Shown one piece after another: positions 61,476 through 64,000 of a stretch of DNA of 64,000 nucleotides; position 1 is the stretch's first letter; every line of letters starts with the position of its first letter. A program made the position numbers and the translations under genes. Source of the stretch: Nageia nagi (Eukaryota > Plantae > Pinophyta). The stretch spans positions 8,680,001 through 8,744,000 of the forward strand of contig JBITNC010000001.1 in the NCBI GenBank assembly GCA_050084985.1, written 5' to 3'. The notes beneath the pieces are model-generated. The model had not been told where the DNA came from and did no database searches. It worked only from the letters and a program-made list of their open reading frames with translations.

Positions 61476-64000
61476 TGATCTAAAAAATTGGATCAGTGTA
61501 AAATATTGTGTAATCTATCTCATATTGTAGAGCTCTTTTCTAGCTTTTCGACACTTCAAACGGATCGAAAATCTGACTTCATTTGCAAAAATTATGGGGT
61601 TTCAAAGTTCTGTTGAATTTAATTAAAAATGAGGTGACAAAAATAAATTAAAAAATATATGTGGGACCCACTGCCACGCCGTGTAGGCGCCACATCAATA
61701 GGGGCGAATCAGCAGTCACGCACAGTAAGTAGACATATCAGAAAAGGGAAGTGGGACTCGTGCACGCTAAACAAAGGAGGAGTCCATACGTTTTAATCTG
61801 ATTGACATGGCCCCATAAATGCCACCTCTATCCCATAAATGCCCTGTCAAATGATTATATGGTATTTTATTTGCCCCCCTACTCATTGGACTCTTTTAAT
61901 ACCTATTTTATTGGCCGTCTAATGCTATCTTGAGTTTTGGAAGGTTCCACGTGACCCAAGGAAGGAGGTGCATTATTTTATTTGATTCATCCATGCACTT
62001 GGAAGAGACTATTTTGCCTTGTAAAGTTTTATCCGGTTAAAAGAGCCCCTATATTTTCCAGAGAGTTTTTGTCTTATATCATAGCTGATACCTCTTAAAA
62101 CCAAATTAAATATGGAGATTTTCATAATGAAGGTGGTTAGCAATTTTTTTATTTTATTATGGGGTTTTGGCTATACAAGGAGGGGTATGAGGGCATAGAT
62201 GCATATGGAAACAATTGAGCAAAAGTGCTAGAATTGTTTTTAGGGGGAGATTTTGTAGAGAGGAAGATTTTATAAGATGGAGATATTATGTTGCATTGCT
62301 AAGAGAGAATTGTAGGAGGATGTTCTTAGCGACATTTGTGAAGTCCATATTGGAGATATTATGTATCACACCTTCGAATTAAGGAAGCTTTTAGTTGATG
62401 TTGGGGTTTTATTCTCGAAGGAAGGGTTTCCCCAAGGTATATCGGTGTCTCAATTTGTGGGTGATGTTCTATCTTTCTTAAATTTTCATTTTCTTATGAA
62501 GTGTCCTAAATGTCTTCATTTTTTTCAAGCACTTAGAATTAAGTGTGGAGTGATTCTAAACTAAGGGAAATATTAAAATTATTTTCAAAAGAGTTTATGG
62601 ATCATGTTTGGTATCAGAGTTCATGTTTATGATCATGTTGGGAATGTGATTATTTTGAGCTAACATTGCTTATGAGAGTTTCTTTTACCAAATATTATTG
62701 CATGATTACTAGATCAAGGAGCAAGAAGGGAGAAGGTGAATTAGTAGAGCCAAATCTAGAGCTTGGATTAAGGATTTGGGCTAGAGAACAAATAAGCCAA
62801 CTCCACCTCCTCCTTTGGAAGAAACAAATGTTGCACAAGAGATCAAGGAACTTAAAGACATGTTCCAACAAATGATGGTTCAAATGGGAGCAATTCAACT
62901 TAAAACCATGAAGCAAGGTGGAGAAGGACCAAGTAAGGATCTTTAAGACATCAAAGGCGATAATGTTAAACCTAAGAATGGTAATGTTAGTATATCATTT
63001 CTTAAGAATTCATCACTTAAGTTAGAGGTAAAATTTGATGTACCTATATTTGATGGAGAAATCAATGCTGAAAAACTTGATTATTGGCTTAAGCAAATTG
63101 AAGTCTATTGTAGAGTTCAACAAATTAATGATGATAGAGAAATGATTCAATTGACTACTTTGAAGTTAGGCGGTAATGCTCTCATTTGGTGGGAGAGTCA
63201 TTCATAATCTAATTTCTATGAACTTGACTACATATGAAAGGAGTTTGTAGAATTGCTAAGAGACCAATTCTATCCACTTGGGTATAGAGCAAAGACAATC
63301 ATGGAGTGGCAACAAAGTGTTCAAGACTACACTACAGAATTTTGCAAGAAAGCCAAGGTGCTAGATATATCTTTGGATACTCAAGATACTCTCTTTAAGT
63401 AGATTGATGGTTTATATAGCTATTTGAGGCATACACTTTTGATGTTTAATCCTATAAATTTAGATCAAGTGTGTGTGCAAGAAACTCATTTAGAAGCTAG
63501 AGGTAAAAATGTACACGATGGTAGAGAGAATAAGAAGTTCAATCCTAAGCATAATTTTCATAAAGGAAAAGGGAAAAATAAAACTCACAAAAAGACTACT
63601 TCTACACTACGTAAAGAAGATGAATCTAATTGTTGTCCACCTTGTTAAAAAGTAGGACATCTTGAGGCAAAATGTTGGAAGTTGCATCCTGAAATTCATC
63701 TTAAAAAATATTCAAAAGATAAGAAAACTACAAATACTATTCAAGTAGATGTAGAAGATAAATTAGATACCGATGAAAGGCTTGCTTGTATGGCTTTGCA
63801 AGGGGATTCTAAATCACATGAGGAAAGTAAAAGGATAAAACTTTTTCATTGTAAAGTACAACTTAAAAGAACATGTATTGATGCTTTGTTTGATCTAGGA
63901 TCTCAAGCTAACTTAATTGCAAAAGAGGATGTAAAGAATCTTGAGTTGCCTACAAAACCACATCCACATCCTTACCCATTAGGTTGGGTACATGGTGATG
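61476..64000 (+). mobile_element. 5' part of a Ty3/gypsy element related to 40126-46586 (LTR 61476-62604, PBS 62609-62619, degenerate gag-PR), truncated by the window end
   Basis: TGATC..GGATCA LTR ends, TGGTATCAGAG. Gag motifs TRSRSKKGEGE, LKLEVKFD, LMFNP..LDQVCVQ, CWKLHPE, LFD..SQANLI, PHPYPLGW match the 40126-46586 element. Confidence 0.9.

Overview
AT-rich plant nuclear DNA, most likely from a large gymnosperm-type genome (inferred from the giant intron and the Tat lineage architecture). One host locus is present: a + strand class-3 (sn1-DAG-lipase-like) alpha/beta-hydrolase gene with 8 recognisable exons (2527-47888). Its GHSLG exon and its catalytic-Asp exon are separated by a 41.9-kb GT-AG intron. 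The gene carries a -1 frameshift and a probable TGG>TGA nonsense change, so it is either a young pseudogene or mis-assembled. The intron is filled with nested transposons whose ends are defined by target-site duplications (TSDs). These are a 1.9-kb non-autonomous Copia-derived element, a 19.8-kb Tat-type Ty3/gypsy element with an extra RNase H before RT and a large accessory ORF, a 5.9-kb TG..CA insertion inside that ORF, a complete 4.3-kb hAT transposon and a 6.5-kb chromovirus-like element. Downstream lie a ~580-bp fold-back, a GC-rich chromodomain gypsy element with a nested 3-kb zinc-knuckle-only element, a LINE remnant split by a solo LTR, and a further gypsy element running off the end. 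Best candidates for novelty: (i) the 5.9-kb solo-LTR-like unit, which carries its own accessory gene behind an array of ~45-bp palindromes and is inserted into a homologous accessory gene; (ii) an array of nine hairpins with covarying stems and a conserved loop in the 3' region of the small Copia-derived element.
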